The notes beneath the pieces were generated by a model. That model was not told where the DNA came from, made no database searches, and was given only the letters and a program-made list of their open reading frames with translations. 52,977 nucleotides of DNA from Pedosphaera sp. GTDB lineage: Bacteria; Verrucomicrobiota; Verrucomicrobiia; Limisphaerales; SIBH01. Location of the stretch: assembly GCA_031414955.1 (NCBI GenBank), contig JANOQV010000165.1, positions 1 to 52,977 on the forward strand, given 5' to 3'. Below, piece after piece: positions 19,731 through 29,756 of this stretch; position 1 is the first letter of the stretch; every line of letters begins with the position of its first letter. The position numbers and the translations under genes were made by a program.

Positions 19731-20489
19731 TCACGACTGCGCAGGTTCGCGGCGCTTGATGGAAATTCTCCCGGTATAATCGAGCCGGTTTAACAAAGGA
19801 CGATGGGGCTGCGCCGCGAAGTATTCATCCACGGCTTTGCGTGCGCCGAGCCAGTGGCCGTAGTCGTCGATGATGAGCACGCCATCGGCCGTGAGGCGCG
19901 GGTAGAGGTGCTTCAATTCGTGCGCGGTCGATTCATACCAGTCGGTGTCGAGCCGCAGCAGAGCAATCTGGTCGGGAGCCTGGCCGGGCAAGGTGTCTTC
20001 GACCTTGCCCTTGATGAAGTGGAGTTTTTCCTTCGGGTAGCCGGTGGAATAGAGATTGCGCTTCACGTCCTCAAGGCCAGCGAAGCACCAGTAGTTGGCG
20101 TGGTCCTCGGTGGGCTTTTCCAAGTCGAGGAGAGCCTTGGCCGTCTGGCCATCGAACATCACATCGTCCGCAGTCGGGGCGGACATGCCCTCGAAGGTGT
20201 CGAAGAGATAGAGATCTCGGGACGTGTCACCGCGCTGCATCAGCGCCAGGGCCGCCGCCATCGTGCTGCCCCCACGCCAGACGCCGCACTCCACGAAAGC
20301 CCCGGGAATCTTGTTGTCGCAAATGTATTCCACCGCGGAAACGAGGCCGGCCTGCCGCTCCAGGCTGGTGGCCGTGTAAGGCTTGATGGCGTCAAATATC
20401 TTGAGGTGCGCCGGGGAGTAGCCAGCCGTGTAACGGATCACCGCAAAACCGCGTGCGTTGAGAAATTTTTGAATCGCGCCTTTGATCAT
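19731..20489 (-). CDS. TylF/MycF/NovP-family (macrocin) O-methyltransferase
   Basis: PGAFVECGVWRGG, LFDTFEG, IALLRLDTDWYEST and IIDDYGHW; start ATG 20489. Confidence 0.93.
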   Translation of the reverse strand: MIKGAIQKFLNARGFAVIRYTAGYSPAHLKIFDAIKPYTATSLERQAGLVSAVEYICDNKIPGAFVECGVWRGGSTMAAALALMQRGDTSRDLYLFDTFEGMSAPTADDVMFDGQTAKALLDLEKPTEDHANYWCFAGLEDVKRNLYSTGYPKEKLHFIKGKVEDTLPGQAPDQIALLRLDTDWYESTAHELKHLYPRLTADGVLIIDDYGHWLGARKAVDEYFAAQPHRPLLNRLDYTGRISIKRREPAQS

Positions 20490-20566
20490 TCTTGTGAGGC
20501 GAAATTGTCGCCTTCGCTGCAAAGGCGGGTCAACTTGAATTCTGGCACCGTTCCCTCCGGGGCTTC

Positions 20567-23500
20567 TTATGGGTGCCGGGGCGTGGTCAGGCGGTAGAAG
20601 CGGCTGGCCGGGAGCGCGGGAACGGAGTTGGTCACGGCCACCAGCCGGTTGCTCGGCGCGGCGGAGACGTGCAGCCGGTTGCTCCAGACACCGCCGAACG
20701 GCACATCCGACCACAGCACCGTGTAGGTCTTGTTCGAGACGGCCGTGAATGTGAGACGAAGTTCGTTTGAACCGGATGGGACCGGCGCGGCATTCAGTTT
20801 CAGCCAGTCATTCTCGTTTGTCGGATCGGTGCCGGCCAGAAACTCCTGCCAGTTGGTGAAGCCGTCATGATCGTAGTCCGCCGCGCCGTCCTCCTGCTCG
20901 GGATCGAGGTGATAAGAATTTTCCCAACCGTCCGGCATTCCGTCGCCGTCGCTGTCGAGGTAGTCGGGCGCCAGTGGCCCGCCGGGCGTGGGTGGTGCGG
21001 CGATCCAGTTCGCGGCGTTGGTCACGGAACGGGTGAAATTCATGCGCTGCAACGAGAGGCCAGTGTTGTCCGCGTCGGTCGGCCAAGGCGCGGCGTTGTC
21101 GTAGGCGACATCCAGAATGGTCGCGCCCGAGGGCAGGTGCAGCGAAATCCTTTCCCCCGCATTGTCGAGCTTGCCGGTGTACAGGCCGCGTAACGACACA
21201 CCCGGATAGCGGATCACGAACTGGGCCGCATTGCGGGCCATTACGAAATACTGGCCCGCACCGAGGAACGTGTCGTTCGTGAAGGTAAAGTTGATGCCGT
21301 TGCTGAACACCAACCCACTCAGATCGAGGGTCGTGCTCCCGATGTTGCGGAATTCAAGGAACTCAAATTCGTCGCCGTCGGTGGTGTCCAGCTTGGGCGG
21401 GTTGTACATGATCTCGCTCAACTGGAGTTTGCTGAAGTCCTGCGGCGGCACGAACTGCGCCTCGACCAAGGCGCTCCAGTTGGTGCCGTTCTTCACCCGC
21501 GAGCGGACCACAGTGGGAGAGGCAATCGGGACGGGGCTACCGTAGGTCTGCGCCGTGCCGGAAACCGCGCCGCCCCGCTGGCGGGGATCCGTGCCGTCTG
21601 CGGTGAAGTAAATCGTCCCGGCGAGGTTGGTGTGGGTGATGCCCAGCATGAACCCCTGCGGCACGTCGCCGCCGAACTGGCTGAAGTTCGGCGCGCCAAG
21701 GTTCGGATAAAGGCCGACGTTGCGGAACCGCTTGAGGGCGAACTGCGCGTTGGACGGGAAGTAGGTGTTGACCATGAAGTTCGATTTCCCCACCCAGTTC
21801 GTCTGGCGGTTGTAGGCCGGGCTGTGCGCCGCGTCGCCCCAGCGGGCCGATTCGCCGACGATGGCCTGGTCGATTTCCGCCGAGCGGGCGGCCCAGCGCG
21901 AGATGTTGGATTGGAGCGTCAGCACGCCGCCGTTGAACATGTGTTGCTGCACGCGGTCGCCAAACATGACTTTGAACTCCTGGTCGCGGCGCAGCCCGTC
22001 ATAGACCTGGCCGACGGTGTTCGGCTCATAGACCTGTTCGATCATGGTCGGCGCGTTGCCCCACGTCCCGGTGCTGTCACGATCAAGCCGGTCGATGGCG
22101 ACCTCCTGATCCCAGGTGAAGAAGCGGAAGCCGTCGCTCAACGGCCCGGTGTGCCGCGCCGCCCACCAGTTGCGGCCCGGCCAGTCGATGGCCGCGGCGT
22201 GGATGTGCAGCACCATGTAATCCATGAAGTTGTCCATGTTGATCAGCACGGGGTAGTTGGTGTTGCGCGCGCCGTCCGGGTTCAAACCCTGCACCTGGGT
22301 GAAGATGTTGGTGTTGCTTGCGGCCTGACCGGAGAGCGTGAGGAGTTGTGTCCACATCGCCCGCGTGCCCGAGACCGCCACGCCGGCGAAGTCCGTCACC
22401 ACGTCGTATTCCTCCTTCTGTCCGCCCAGCCGGTCGGCGAAGAACGTGTCGTTCAATTTCTCCGCCAGGTTGTAGAGACCCCAATAGACTCCGTTGATGT
22501 AAAGCTGCACATAGGTTCCGCGCGCGGCGGTCTGCCCCATCGCCAGATGCGCGTCGCGCATCCACTGGTCGCGCAGATAGGTGGCGTCGTAGTTGCGCCA
22601 GATGAAGTCCACCAGATTCTGGATCGGCCAGGAGTCCGTGGAACAGGCGCGCAGCACCAGTTGATCGAATTTGTTCACCGGGCCGGGGAAGAGCGGGTGC
22701 TCGAACTTGTTCATCCCGTACTCCTCGCGGAACAGGATCCGGAGCGGATGCTTGGGCGTGGCGTGCGGAAGCTCGCTCACCGCACCGTGAATTTGCACGC
22801 CGGCTCCGACGTGAAATCCCTCCCGGCCATTGGGGTAAATCATTTCCACGGACGCGCGGCGTTCCCAGTTCGTGCCCTCCATCAAGGGACGGGTGTATAT
22901 GCCATTCGTCGGGCCGAAGACTCCGTCCATCGGCGTGACGATGCTGATGGTCGGAATTGCGGTGAGCGCGTTGGTGAAACTGTAGTATCCGGTCGCCGCC
23001 GTGACCACGGAGGCGTCCACGGTGAAATCGGCCGGGTAAGACTGGCCGTTGCCGGGCGGGTCTTCGATCCACGTCGCAGAGGCGCCGGGCGGGCGGGTCT
23101 GGGCCGCCACCGAGTCGGGCAGGACGTAAGTGTGAGTGTCCACGTCTGTGGGTGCCCAGCCATCCTTGAACGCCGCGACCCGGAGCGTCTTGGTGGCGGC
23201 GATCTGAATCGTGCCGGTGGGCGCGGTGTTTGCATCCGGCGGAGCGATGAGGAGTCCCGAGGCCAGCGTGGGGATGTTCCCGTTGGTGGTGTAGGCAATC
23301 GTTGCGCCCGGCGTCGTGCAGTAAACCTCCAGGTTGAACGGCGCGAAGAAGAATCCGCGGTTCGTGCTGAGCTTCGTGTCGGCCACGTAGCCGAGCACGC
23401 CGGAGTTGTTGGCCGCGCCTGGCGTGGGCAGGGGAAAAAACGCCGGGCCGCCGGAGAGTCCGTAGGAAACATTCGCGCGCTGGGCCGGGTAGTTGGTCCA

Positions 23501-26305
23501 CTCGCTTGCGATGGTCACGCCGTCGGCCATGACGAGCGCGAGGTAGCCGCCGCTGTTCGCAAGCCGGAAGCTGGCGTGCAACGGCGCACCGGGCACCCGC
23601 CGGTCCTTGCCCGAGGCGAACACCAGCAGGTAGCCGTTGGCCGCGAGGTTCGTGGCCGGGAACCGCCACTGGGTCAGGTTGGTGGCGTTGTCGGTCAGAG
23701 ACCAGTTCTCCAGGTTCACCGCGCCCAGGCCAGGGTTGAACAGCTCGATCCAATCGGGAGCCTCGCTGTCTTCATCGAGCAGGAACCCGTCGTTCTCGGC
23801 CATGAACTCGCTGATGAGCGGATGGGCGGAAGAGAGCACTGTCACCACGGCGGAGGAACTGGTCAGGGAACCGGAGAAGTTCGAGACGACGACCGAGTAA
23901 CGTCCCGCCTGGCCGGGGGTAATTCCCACGAGCACGAGATTGCTCGTCGTCTGGCCGGGCAACACCGCTCCGTTGTACAGCCACTGGAAGGTCAGCGGCG
24001 GCGTGCCGCGCCCGGCGACATTCAGACTGACCGTGGCTCCGGCCAACACCATGGTGTGTTGCGGTGGCGTCAGGATCGAAAGTGGTTGCAGCACCACGAG
24101 GAGGGCGACGGCGCTGGCCACCGTGCCCGTGGCGTCCGAGACCTGCACAAAATAATTTCCGGCATGGCTCAGTTGCACGCTGGCGAAGGTGAACACTGGA
24201 TTGGTCAGACCCGCCAGCGGATTGCCGTTCTGGAACCACTGGTAAGTCAGCGGCGGCGTGCCCTGGGCGACCACGGACAGGCTCACCGAATTGCTTTCGA
24301 GCACGGTCGCGCCCTGCGGCTGAACCAGGATGCCGAGCGGTTGCGGCGTGCTGCACTTGCCCTCCGATCCGGCGGTGTAAATGGCGGCGACCTCCGATGC
24401 GTTGAGGACGCGGGTATAAAGCGTGAGTTCATCGATGACTCCGGGGAACGCGGCGGGCGCGAAGAAACCGGACTTCCGGATGCCGACTTGCAATGGGTAG
24501 CTGGTCTGCGGCGTGAAGATGCCGAGGTTCGTGGAGCGGATGAGCGAGCCGTTCAGGTAGAGCGCCGCCAGGCCCGTGATCTGGTCATAGGTCAGCGCGA
24601 AATGCTGGAAGGTGTTGTCCACCAGCGCGCCGGAACCGGTGTAGATCTGGTGGCTGACGTCGGCGGTGTCGATCAGGTTGGCGTACAAATCACGAGTGCC
24701 AGTGGTGGAAGTCGAGATGTGCATGCCCAGGCCGCCACTCCCGTTGTTCCATTCCAGAACCGTGCCCAGTTCGGCGGCGTTGTAGGGGTTGAACCACGCC
24801 TCGATGGTCAGGCCGGAATTGGTGCCGAGGTTGACGGCGGACGAGGCTGGCGTTTCCGAGTACTGGCTGCTGCCGTTGACCAGCAATCCCTGCCCGACGC
24901 GCCCGACCGTGTAGCCGGCCCCGCCGATGAGGTTCATGGTGGCGTTGCCCACCACGCTGGTGCCGCTGTTCTCGTACTTCCACCAAGCCGTCATTCCATT
25001 GGCCAGCGAACCGCAAACGGGCGGCGGCACGACGGTCAGCGTGGCGACGAGACTCGTGATGGAGCCGGAGATGTCGGTCACGACCACCGAGTAACCGCCT
25101 GCGTCCGTGAACTGCGCGTTGGTCCGGTTCAGCATCGTCTGGGCCTGGCCGGCGAGGTTCGTGCCGTTGAAGCGCCACTGGTATTGCAGCGGCGGCCTGC
25201 CCTGCGCCACCACGGAGAAGCTGGCATTGTTGCTTACCTGCACCGTGACGCTTTGGGGTTGAGTCAGAATCGCCAGCGGCACCTGGGTGACGGTAAGTGT
25301 CGCGACCGAACTGGTGATCGAACCCGTGACGTCGGAGACGACCACGGAATAACCGCCGGCCTGCGACAACTGCAAATTGGTCAGGGTCAACTGTGAGTTG
25401 GTCCGGCCGCTCATGGGGCTGTCGTTGAACCGCCAGGCGTAGAGCAGCGGAGCCGTGCCTTGGGCGAGAACATTGAATGTCGCGGTCCCGCCTTCCGCCG
25501 CGCTGACGTTCTGCGGCTGCGTCAGGATCGCAAGAGTTGCGGCAGCGCACTTGCCCGCCGCGCCGGCCTGGTAAATGGCCAGCACCTCGTTGGAACTGAG
25601 CACGCGGCTATAGAGGGTCAGCTCATCAATGATGCCATTAAAGTAGGTGCCCGAAACCGGTCCGGCCGGCCGGTTCCCGACGTAAAACGGATACGTGGTC
25701 TGCGGGGTGAAGCTGCCGAGGTTCGTGGACCGAATAAGCGAGCCGCTGAGATACATGGCCGCTTGGCCGGTGATCCGGTCGTAGGTGAACGCCACATGCT
25801 GAAAGACGCCGTTGGTGAGCACGTTTGGACCGGAGGAGACCTGATGGCTCCCGCCCGAGGTATCCACGAGGTTGGCGAACACGTCGCGGGGATTTCCCGA
25901 AGAGGTCGCCAGGTGCGCGCCGATACTGCCGTTGTTCCACTCCACGAAAGTGCCGACCGCCGCCGCATTCGCGCACTTGGTCCAGAACTCGATGGTCAGG
26001 CCGCTGTTGGTGCCGATGTTCAGCTTCGCGTTGGCGTTTGCCCGGGCGTAGTCATTCACGCCGTCCAACGATAAGCCCTGACCGACCTTGCCCGGAGCGT
26101 AGGTCGCGCCGTTGAACAAGGTCAGGGTCGAGACACCGAGCACGTCGGTCGGCACGTTCTGGAACTCCCACCAGGCGTTCGCTCCCGCTGGCGCGGAACC
26201 GCACACCTGAGCCGTGACGGACGAAGGCGGTATGAAGAGGCTCAACACCCCCAGAAGCACCAACAGAACTTTCCGGCCGGCAGGAACTTGAGGTGGCGCT
26301 TTCAT
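20567..26305 (-). CDS. giant secreted protein: 2x LamG, 4x Ig-like, lamin-tail domains, FN3/chitobiase-like, CotH kinase-like, DxDxDG Ca-binding, C-terminal FYRL tail
   Basis: Signal peptide from ATG 26305; duplicated LamG (FQHxAxTYD...GxIDELTLY); ILxxPQ Ig repeats; LISEFMAEN and LSEIMYNPP (LTD); YINGVYWGLYNLAE, DWPGRNW and WDQE (CotH); DSDGDGMPDGWE; PASRFYRL. Confidence 0.85.
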   Translation of the reverse strand: MKAPPQVPAGRKVLLVLLGVLSLFIPPSSVTAQVCGSAPAGANAWWEFQNVPTDVLGVSTLTLFNGATYAPGKVGQGLSLDGVNDYARANANAKLNIGTNSGLTIEFWTKCANAAAVGTFVEWNNGSIGAHLATSSGNPRDVFANLVDTSGGSHQVSSGPNVLTNGVFQHVAFTYDRITGQAAMYLSGSLIRSTNLGSFTPQTTYPFYVGNRPAGPVSGTYFNGIIDELTLYSRVLSSNEVLAIYQAGAAGKCAAATLAILTQPQNVSAAEGGTATFNVLAQGTAPLLYAWRFNDSPMSGRTNSQLTLTNLQLSQAGGYSVVVSDVTGSITSSVATLTVTQVPLAILTQPQSVTVQVSNNASFSVVAQGRPPLQYQWRFNGTNLAGQAQTMLNRTNAQFTDAGGYSVVVTDISGSITSLVATLTVVPPPVCGSLANGMTAWWKYENSGTSVVGNATMNLIGGAGYTVGRVGQGLLVNGSSQYSETPASSAVNLGTNSGLTIEAWFNPYNAAELGTVLEWNNGSGGLGMHISTSTTGTRDLYANLIDTADVSHQIYTGSGALVDNTFQHFALTYDQITGLAALYLNGSLIRSTNLGIFTPQTSYPLQVGIRKSGFFAPAAFPGVIDELTLYTRVLNASEVAAIYTAGSEGKCSTPQPLGILVQPQGATVLESNSVSLSVVAQGTPPLTYQWFQNGNPLAGLTNPVFTFASVQLSHAGNYFVQVSDATGTVASAVALLVVLQPLSILTPPQHTMVLAGATVSLNVAGRGTPPLTFQWLYNGAVLPGQTTSNLVLVGITPGQAGRYSVVVSNFSGSLTSSSAVVTVLSSAHPLISEFMAENDGFLLDEDSEAPDWIELFNPGLGAVNLENWSLTDNATNLTQWRFPATNLAANGYLLVFASGKDRRVPGAPLHASFRLANSGGYLALVMADGVTIASEWTNYPAQRANVSYGLSGGPAFFPLPTPGAANNSGVLGYVADTKLSTNRGFFFAPFNLEVYCTTPGATIAYTTNGNIPTLASGLLIAPPDANTAPTGTIQIAATKTLRVAAFKDGWAPTDVDTHTYVLPDSVAAQTRPPGASATWIEDPPGNGQSYPADFTVDASVVTAATGYYSFTNALTAIPTISIVTPMDGVFGPTNGIYTRPLMEGTNWERRASVEMIYPNGREGFHVGAGVQIHGAVSELPHATPKHPLRILFREEYGMNKFEHPLFPGPVNKFDQLVLRACSTDSWPIQNLVDFIWRNYDATYLRDQWMRDAHLAMGQTAARGTYVQLYINGVYWGLYNLAEKLNDTFFADRLGGQKEEYDVVTDFAGVAVSGTRAMWTQLLTLSGQAASNTNIFTQVQGLNPDGARNTNYPVLINMDNFMDYMVLHIHAAAIDWPGRNWWAARHTGPLSDGFRFFTWDQEVAIDRLDRDSTGTWGNAPTMIEQVYEPNTVGQVYDGLRRDQEFKVMFGDRVQQHMFNGGVLTLQSNISRWAARSAEIDQAIVGESARWGDAAHSPAYNRQTNWVGKSNFMVNTYFPSNAQFALKRFRNVGLYPNLGAPNFSQFGGDVPQGFMLGITHTNLAGTIYFTADGTDPRQRGGAVSGTAQTYGSPVPIASPTVVRSRVKNGTNWSALVEAQFVPPQDFSKLQLSEIMYNPPKLDTTDGDEFEFLEFRNIGSTTLDLSGLVFSNGINFTFTNDTFLGAGQYFVMARNAAQFVIRYPGVSLRGLYTGKLDNAGERISLHLPSGATILDVAYDNAAPWPTDADNTGLSLQRMNFTRSVTNAANWIAAPPTPGGPLAPDYLDSDGDGMPDGWENSYHLDPEQEDGAADYDHDGFTNWQEFLAGTDPTNENDWLKLNAAPVPSGSNELRLTFTAVSNKTYTVLWSDVPFGGVWSNRLHVSAAPSNRLVAVTNSVPALPASRFYRLTTPRHP

Positions 26306-26445
26306 TTGGAGCAAGAGATTGATAACCCACCAGGCTTGGAACGCAATCCGGCGTTCGGCCTTTCCCACACTCGACACGCCGCTCGCTGTTCCAATACAAA
26401 CACCGGATTCATTCGCGGCCCGGCGGACGGGCGCGCGGCAGCAGC

Positions 26446-27189
26446 ATGATTGTCAAAGCCTTGCAGAACATGGTCGGTGGCGCGCACGCCCGGAGTTGCC
26501 AGCGGTGCAACGACTGGAGCGGCCAGGCCGTCGCGCGCCTGCGTCCGCAGTCGCTGCTCGACGTGGGCTGCGCGGACGGCGCGTTCCTTTTCAACTACCT
26601 CGACTACAAGCCACAACAGTTTTGCGGCATCGAGGCCGCGCCGGAGTTGATGAAGCAGGCCCGCGCCCGCGGCATTGACGTGCAGTCGGTTGATCTCAAC
26701 GGGGTCTGGCCCTACGCGGACAACAGCTTCGAGGTCGTGCATTGCGCGCAGGTCATTGAGCATCTGCACAACACGCGGCTCTTCGCGGCGGAGATTTTGC
26801 GCGTGCTCAAGCCGGGCGGCACGGCGCTCATCACTTCCGAGAATCTCACCAGCTTCCTCAACACTTTCGCCATGATGATGGGCTACACGCCCTTCACCCT
26901 CATGCGTTGCTGCGGTTGGTACATGGGCAATCCGCTCGGGCTGCACTCGGGCGAGCATGTGCCGGAAGGCGTACCGATTACAGACCCGGCGTTTGCCGGG
27001 GTCACGGGGCATGTGCGCGCGCTGTCCGTCATTCAGGCGCAGGAGTTGTTTGAGAAAGTCGGTTTCGTAAACGTGCGCGCCTCGTCCATCGGACTGATGC
27101 CGCTGCCGGATTTCCTGGGCCGTGCCCTGGAGAGCACCATGTATCGGCGCGGGCATTTGCTGCTCATCGAGGCACAGAAGCCGAAATAA
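26446..27189 (+). CDS. class I SAM-dependent methyltransferase
   Basis: LLDVGCADG, QVIEHL and RVLKPGG. Confidence 0.9.
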   Translation: MIVKALQNMVGGAHARSCQRCNDWSGQAVARLRPQSLLDVGCADGAFLFNYLDYKPQQFCGIEAAPELMKQARARGIDVQSVDLNGVWPYADNSFEVVHCAQVIEHLHNTRLFAAEILRVLKPGGTALITSENLTSFLNTFAMMMGYTPFTLMRCCGWYMGNPLGLHSGEHVPEGVPITDPAFAGVTGHVRALSVIQAQELFEKVGFVNVRASSIGLMPLPDFLGRALESTMYRRGHLLLIEAQKPK

Positions 27190-27190
27190 A

Positions 27191-28078
27191 ATGGGCCTGG
27201 ACGTCAATGCCGTGAAGTTCCTGATCGCCGCGCGCAAAAGCGGCGTCGAGTTTGGCGATGTCGTCACGCTGGGCCGGCAGGACTTGAACGTATATCCCGC
27301 CAAGTTGAAGGCGCTGCTGGAGTCACACGGCTTCTCCGGCGAGGCGTTCGCTCCAGGCGCGGCCGACACGGGTTTCGCGGAACCGGTCTTCAAGGCGCTC
27401 GGGGCCAAGAGTGTTGCGTCGCTGGATTTCTCCGACTTCGAGGGCGCGGAGTTCGTGCATGATTTGAATCAGCCGTTGCCCGAGAACTTGAAACAGAAGT
27501 TCGACACGGTCATCGACGGCGGCACGCTCGAACACGTTTTCCATTTCCCGCAGGCACTCAAGAACTGCATGGAGATGGTGCGAGTGGGCGGGCGCTTCTA
27601 CACGCACGCGCCTGGAAACAATTGGTGGGGGCACGGCTTCTACCAGTGCAGCCCCGAGCTTTTCTACCGAACTCTCTGCCCGGACAACGGCTTCCAAGTC
27701 GAGCGGATGATCACGCACTTCGTCGGGCCGTATGGGCGCTGGTATGAAGTTTCCGATCCCGATGTCATCCGCGCCCGGGTCGAAGCGATCACGTTCGGAC
27801 CCCAGCAACTTCTTGTGCAGGCGAAGCGCACGACCGTGGTGCCGATCTTCGCCAAGACGCCTCAGCAGAGCGATTACAACAAGCGGTGGGAAGATCCGGC
27901 GGCGGCCAGCGCGGCCGTCGGCGTGGAGCGCAAGGCCTGGTCCGCCACTCGGCCCAAGCTGGCCCGGGTGCTGCCGGGACTGACCCGTCTGTTGCACGTC
28001 GCGAAAATTGGTTTCCTCACTTACTACAATCTCTCCCTGCGGAACCGGCGTAACTTCAAACCGGTGAAGAAGCCCTGA
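27191..28078 (+). CDS. SAM-dependent methyltransferase (glycan-locus type)
   Basis: TLGRQ, DFSDFEGA, HDLNQP, FDTVIDGGTLEHVF and GHGFYQCSPE; start ATG 27191. Confidence 0.8.
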   Translation: MGLDVNAVKFLIAARKSGVEFGDVVTLGRQDLNVYPAKLKALLESHGFSGEAFAPGAADTGFAEPVFKALGAKSVASLDFSDFEGAEFVHDLNQPLPENLKQKFDTVIDGGTLEHVFHFPQALKNCMEMVRVGGRFYTHAPGNNWWGHGFYQCSPELFYRTLCPDNGFQVERMITHFVGPYGRWYEVSDPDVIRARVEAITFGPQQLLVQAKRTTVVPIFAKTPQQSDYNKRWEDPAAASAAVGVERKAWSATRPKLARVLPGLTRLLHVAKIGFLTYYNLSLRNRRNFKPVKKP

Positions 28079-28079
28079 C

Positions 28080-28940
28080 ATGCTGCGACGATTCCTCAGA
28101 AACACCGCGCTCGGACGGATCGTGATGATTCCCGGCCGCTTCGTGCTCATCGCGTTGCCGCAACTCCTGCGACAGGCTGGACTGATGGTGAAGTGGGCCT
28201 TCACCTCGAAGGAGTATTACAACCACACCTATCATCTCACCGAGTTGAACCAGCAGTATCTCGCCAGCTACATCGCGGCGGTCTGCGGCCACGACGTGAA
28301 GGTGATCGAGGGCTACATCAACGAACTGGCCAACGACACCGCGCTCCGTGACCTGCTCATCCAGCGGACGAACGACAGCCGTGATCGCCACAACTCCGAC
28401 GCCGAACCGCGCTACAATCGCCGTCTCGGCTGGTATGCCCTGCTGCGGGCCACCAAACCGCGTGTCGTGGTCGAGACCGGCATCGATCGCGGCCTGGGCA
28501 CCGTGGTCATGGCCGCCGCGCTCAAGCGTAATCAGGACGAAGGATTTCCCGGACTCGTGTACGCTACGGACATCGTGCCGGATGTCGGGCACCTGCTGGC
28601 CGAACCGTACAGGAGTTTCTGCCGTGAACTGATTGGCGACTCGGTGGAGAGCCTGAAGAAGTTCCAGCAACCCGTGGATGTGTTCCTGCACGACAGCGAC
28701 CACACTCCCGCCTACGAGTGGGCGGAGTTTCTGGCCATCGAGCCGCGACTCCACGCGTCGTCCATTGTGTTGAGCGACAACTCGCAACAGACCTCGAAGC
28801 TGCGCGAATTCGCGGTCCGCCTCAGCCAGTCGTTCCTCTACTTTCAGGACACGCCGCGCGATCACTGGTGGCCCGGCGACGGCATCGGGGCCGTGTTTCA
28901 GCCCGGCCAGCGTTACTATTTCCCCGACGAGAAGCGATGA
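28080..28940 (+). CDS. class I SAM-dependent methyltransferase (Methyltransf_24-like)
   Basis: KPRVVVETGIDRG, IGDS, VDVFLHDSDH and LSDN. Confidence 0.85.
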   Translation: MLRRFLRNTALGRIVMIPGRFVLIALPQLLRQAGLMVKWAFTSKEYYNHTYHLTELNQQYLASYIAAVCGHDVKVIEGYINELANDTALRDLLIQRTNDSRDRHNSDAEPRYNRRLGWYALLRATKPRVVVETGIDRGLGTVVMAAALKRNQDEGFPGLVYATDIVPDVGHLLAEPYRSFCRELIGDSVESLKKFQQPVDVFLHDSDHTPAYEWAEFLAIEPRLHASSIVLSDNSQQTSKLREFAVRLSQSFLYFQDTPRDHWWPGDGIGAVFQPGQRYYFPDEKR

Positions 28941-29710
28941 CTCCCGGCAGTTCAGCGATTGTCACCGTCGCCTTCGGCCATTCGACCGAACATCTCGACT
29001 ATACCTTCCTGAGCTTCGCGGAGAAGAACCCCGGCGTGCCGCTCCACGCCTTCATCATCGGGAGCAAACTGCCCGAGCGCCGGCTGCCGCAGATCACTTA
29101 TCACCTCGTCGCGCCCGTTCCTGATTTCTCACACCCGTTGCGCGAGATTTACTTCCGCCGCCACGAGCTAATCGACCAACTCGACGTGGAGTTCGCGCTC
29201 ATCGTGGATTCGTACGACGTGCTGTGCCTGCAACCGCTGCCGCCGTTTGGGAAGATTCTGGCCGGCTTCGACATGGCGGCGGCAACGGAGGTCAACGGCT
29301 CCCGATACTTGTTGGGTCAGGGCCATACGGCGAATTTCCTGAACGGAGGCGTGACCTTCTGGAACCTTCCCAAGAGCCGGGAGATCCGGGCGGAGATTAT
29401 TCGGCGTGGCAAAATCCGCTTTCGGCTCGTGGCTGACGATCAACTCGTCATCAATGAAGTCGTCCAGACGAAGTACGCGGATCGGGTGCGGATCTTGCCG
29501 TGTCAGTACAACTTTCGTCCGTTCTTCAGGGCCGGAGTTTGGCAACGAATCAAACCGTTGTTTTTCAACCTGCACCATCCGTCCAACTGGCGCATCTGGC
29601 CGAGTGTGGATCATTTGGACGGGGTGCTCATTTACCACAACCTGACCTCGATGGATCTGGTGAAGTCGCAGCCGGCGATGAATCCCCAGGCAATACTCCC
29701 AGAGCCATAG
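28937..29710 (+). CDS. GT-A fold glycosyltransferase (GT8-like)
   Basis: IVDSYDVL (DxD-like), FLNGGV, DDQLVIN and LPCQYN; ATGA overlap with the upstream gene. Confidence 0.7.
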   Translation: MTPGSSAIVTVAFGHSTEHLDYTFLSFAEKNPGVPLHAFIIGSKLPERRLPQITYHLVAPVPDFSHPLREIYFRRHELIDQLDVEFALIVDSYDVLCLQPLPPFGKILAGFDMAAATEVNGSRYLLGQGHTANFLNGGVTFWNLPKSREIRAEIIRRGKIRFRLVADDQLVINEVVQTKYADRVRILPCQYNFRPFFRAGVWQRIKPLFFNLHHPSNWRIWPSVDHLDGVLIYHNLTSMDLVKSQPAMNPQAILPEP

Positions 29711-29756
29711 TCCCGAGGCCGAGACATAGGAGCGACCACCCAAGCGCGGGTAAATC

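Noticed and set aside
21632..25396. Very long antisense ORFs (also 128..2113, 5209..7257, 10368..12890, 16595..18832, 36717..38336)
   Set aside because: They are shadow frames of well-supported genes in a high-GC genome and contain no recognisable motifs.
20567..26305. Apparent excess of N-x-S/T sequons suggesting N-glycosylation
   Set aside because: A rough hand count (about two dozen) is close to what the high Asn/Ser/Thr content alone would give.
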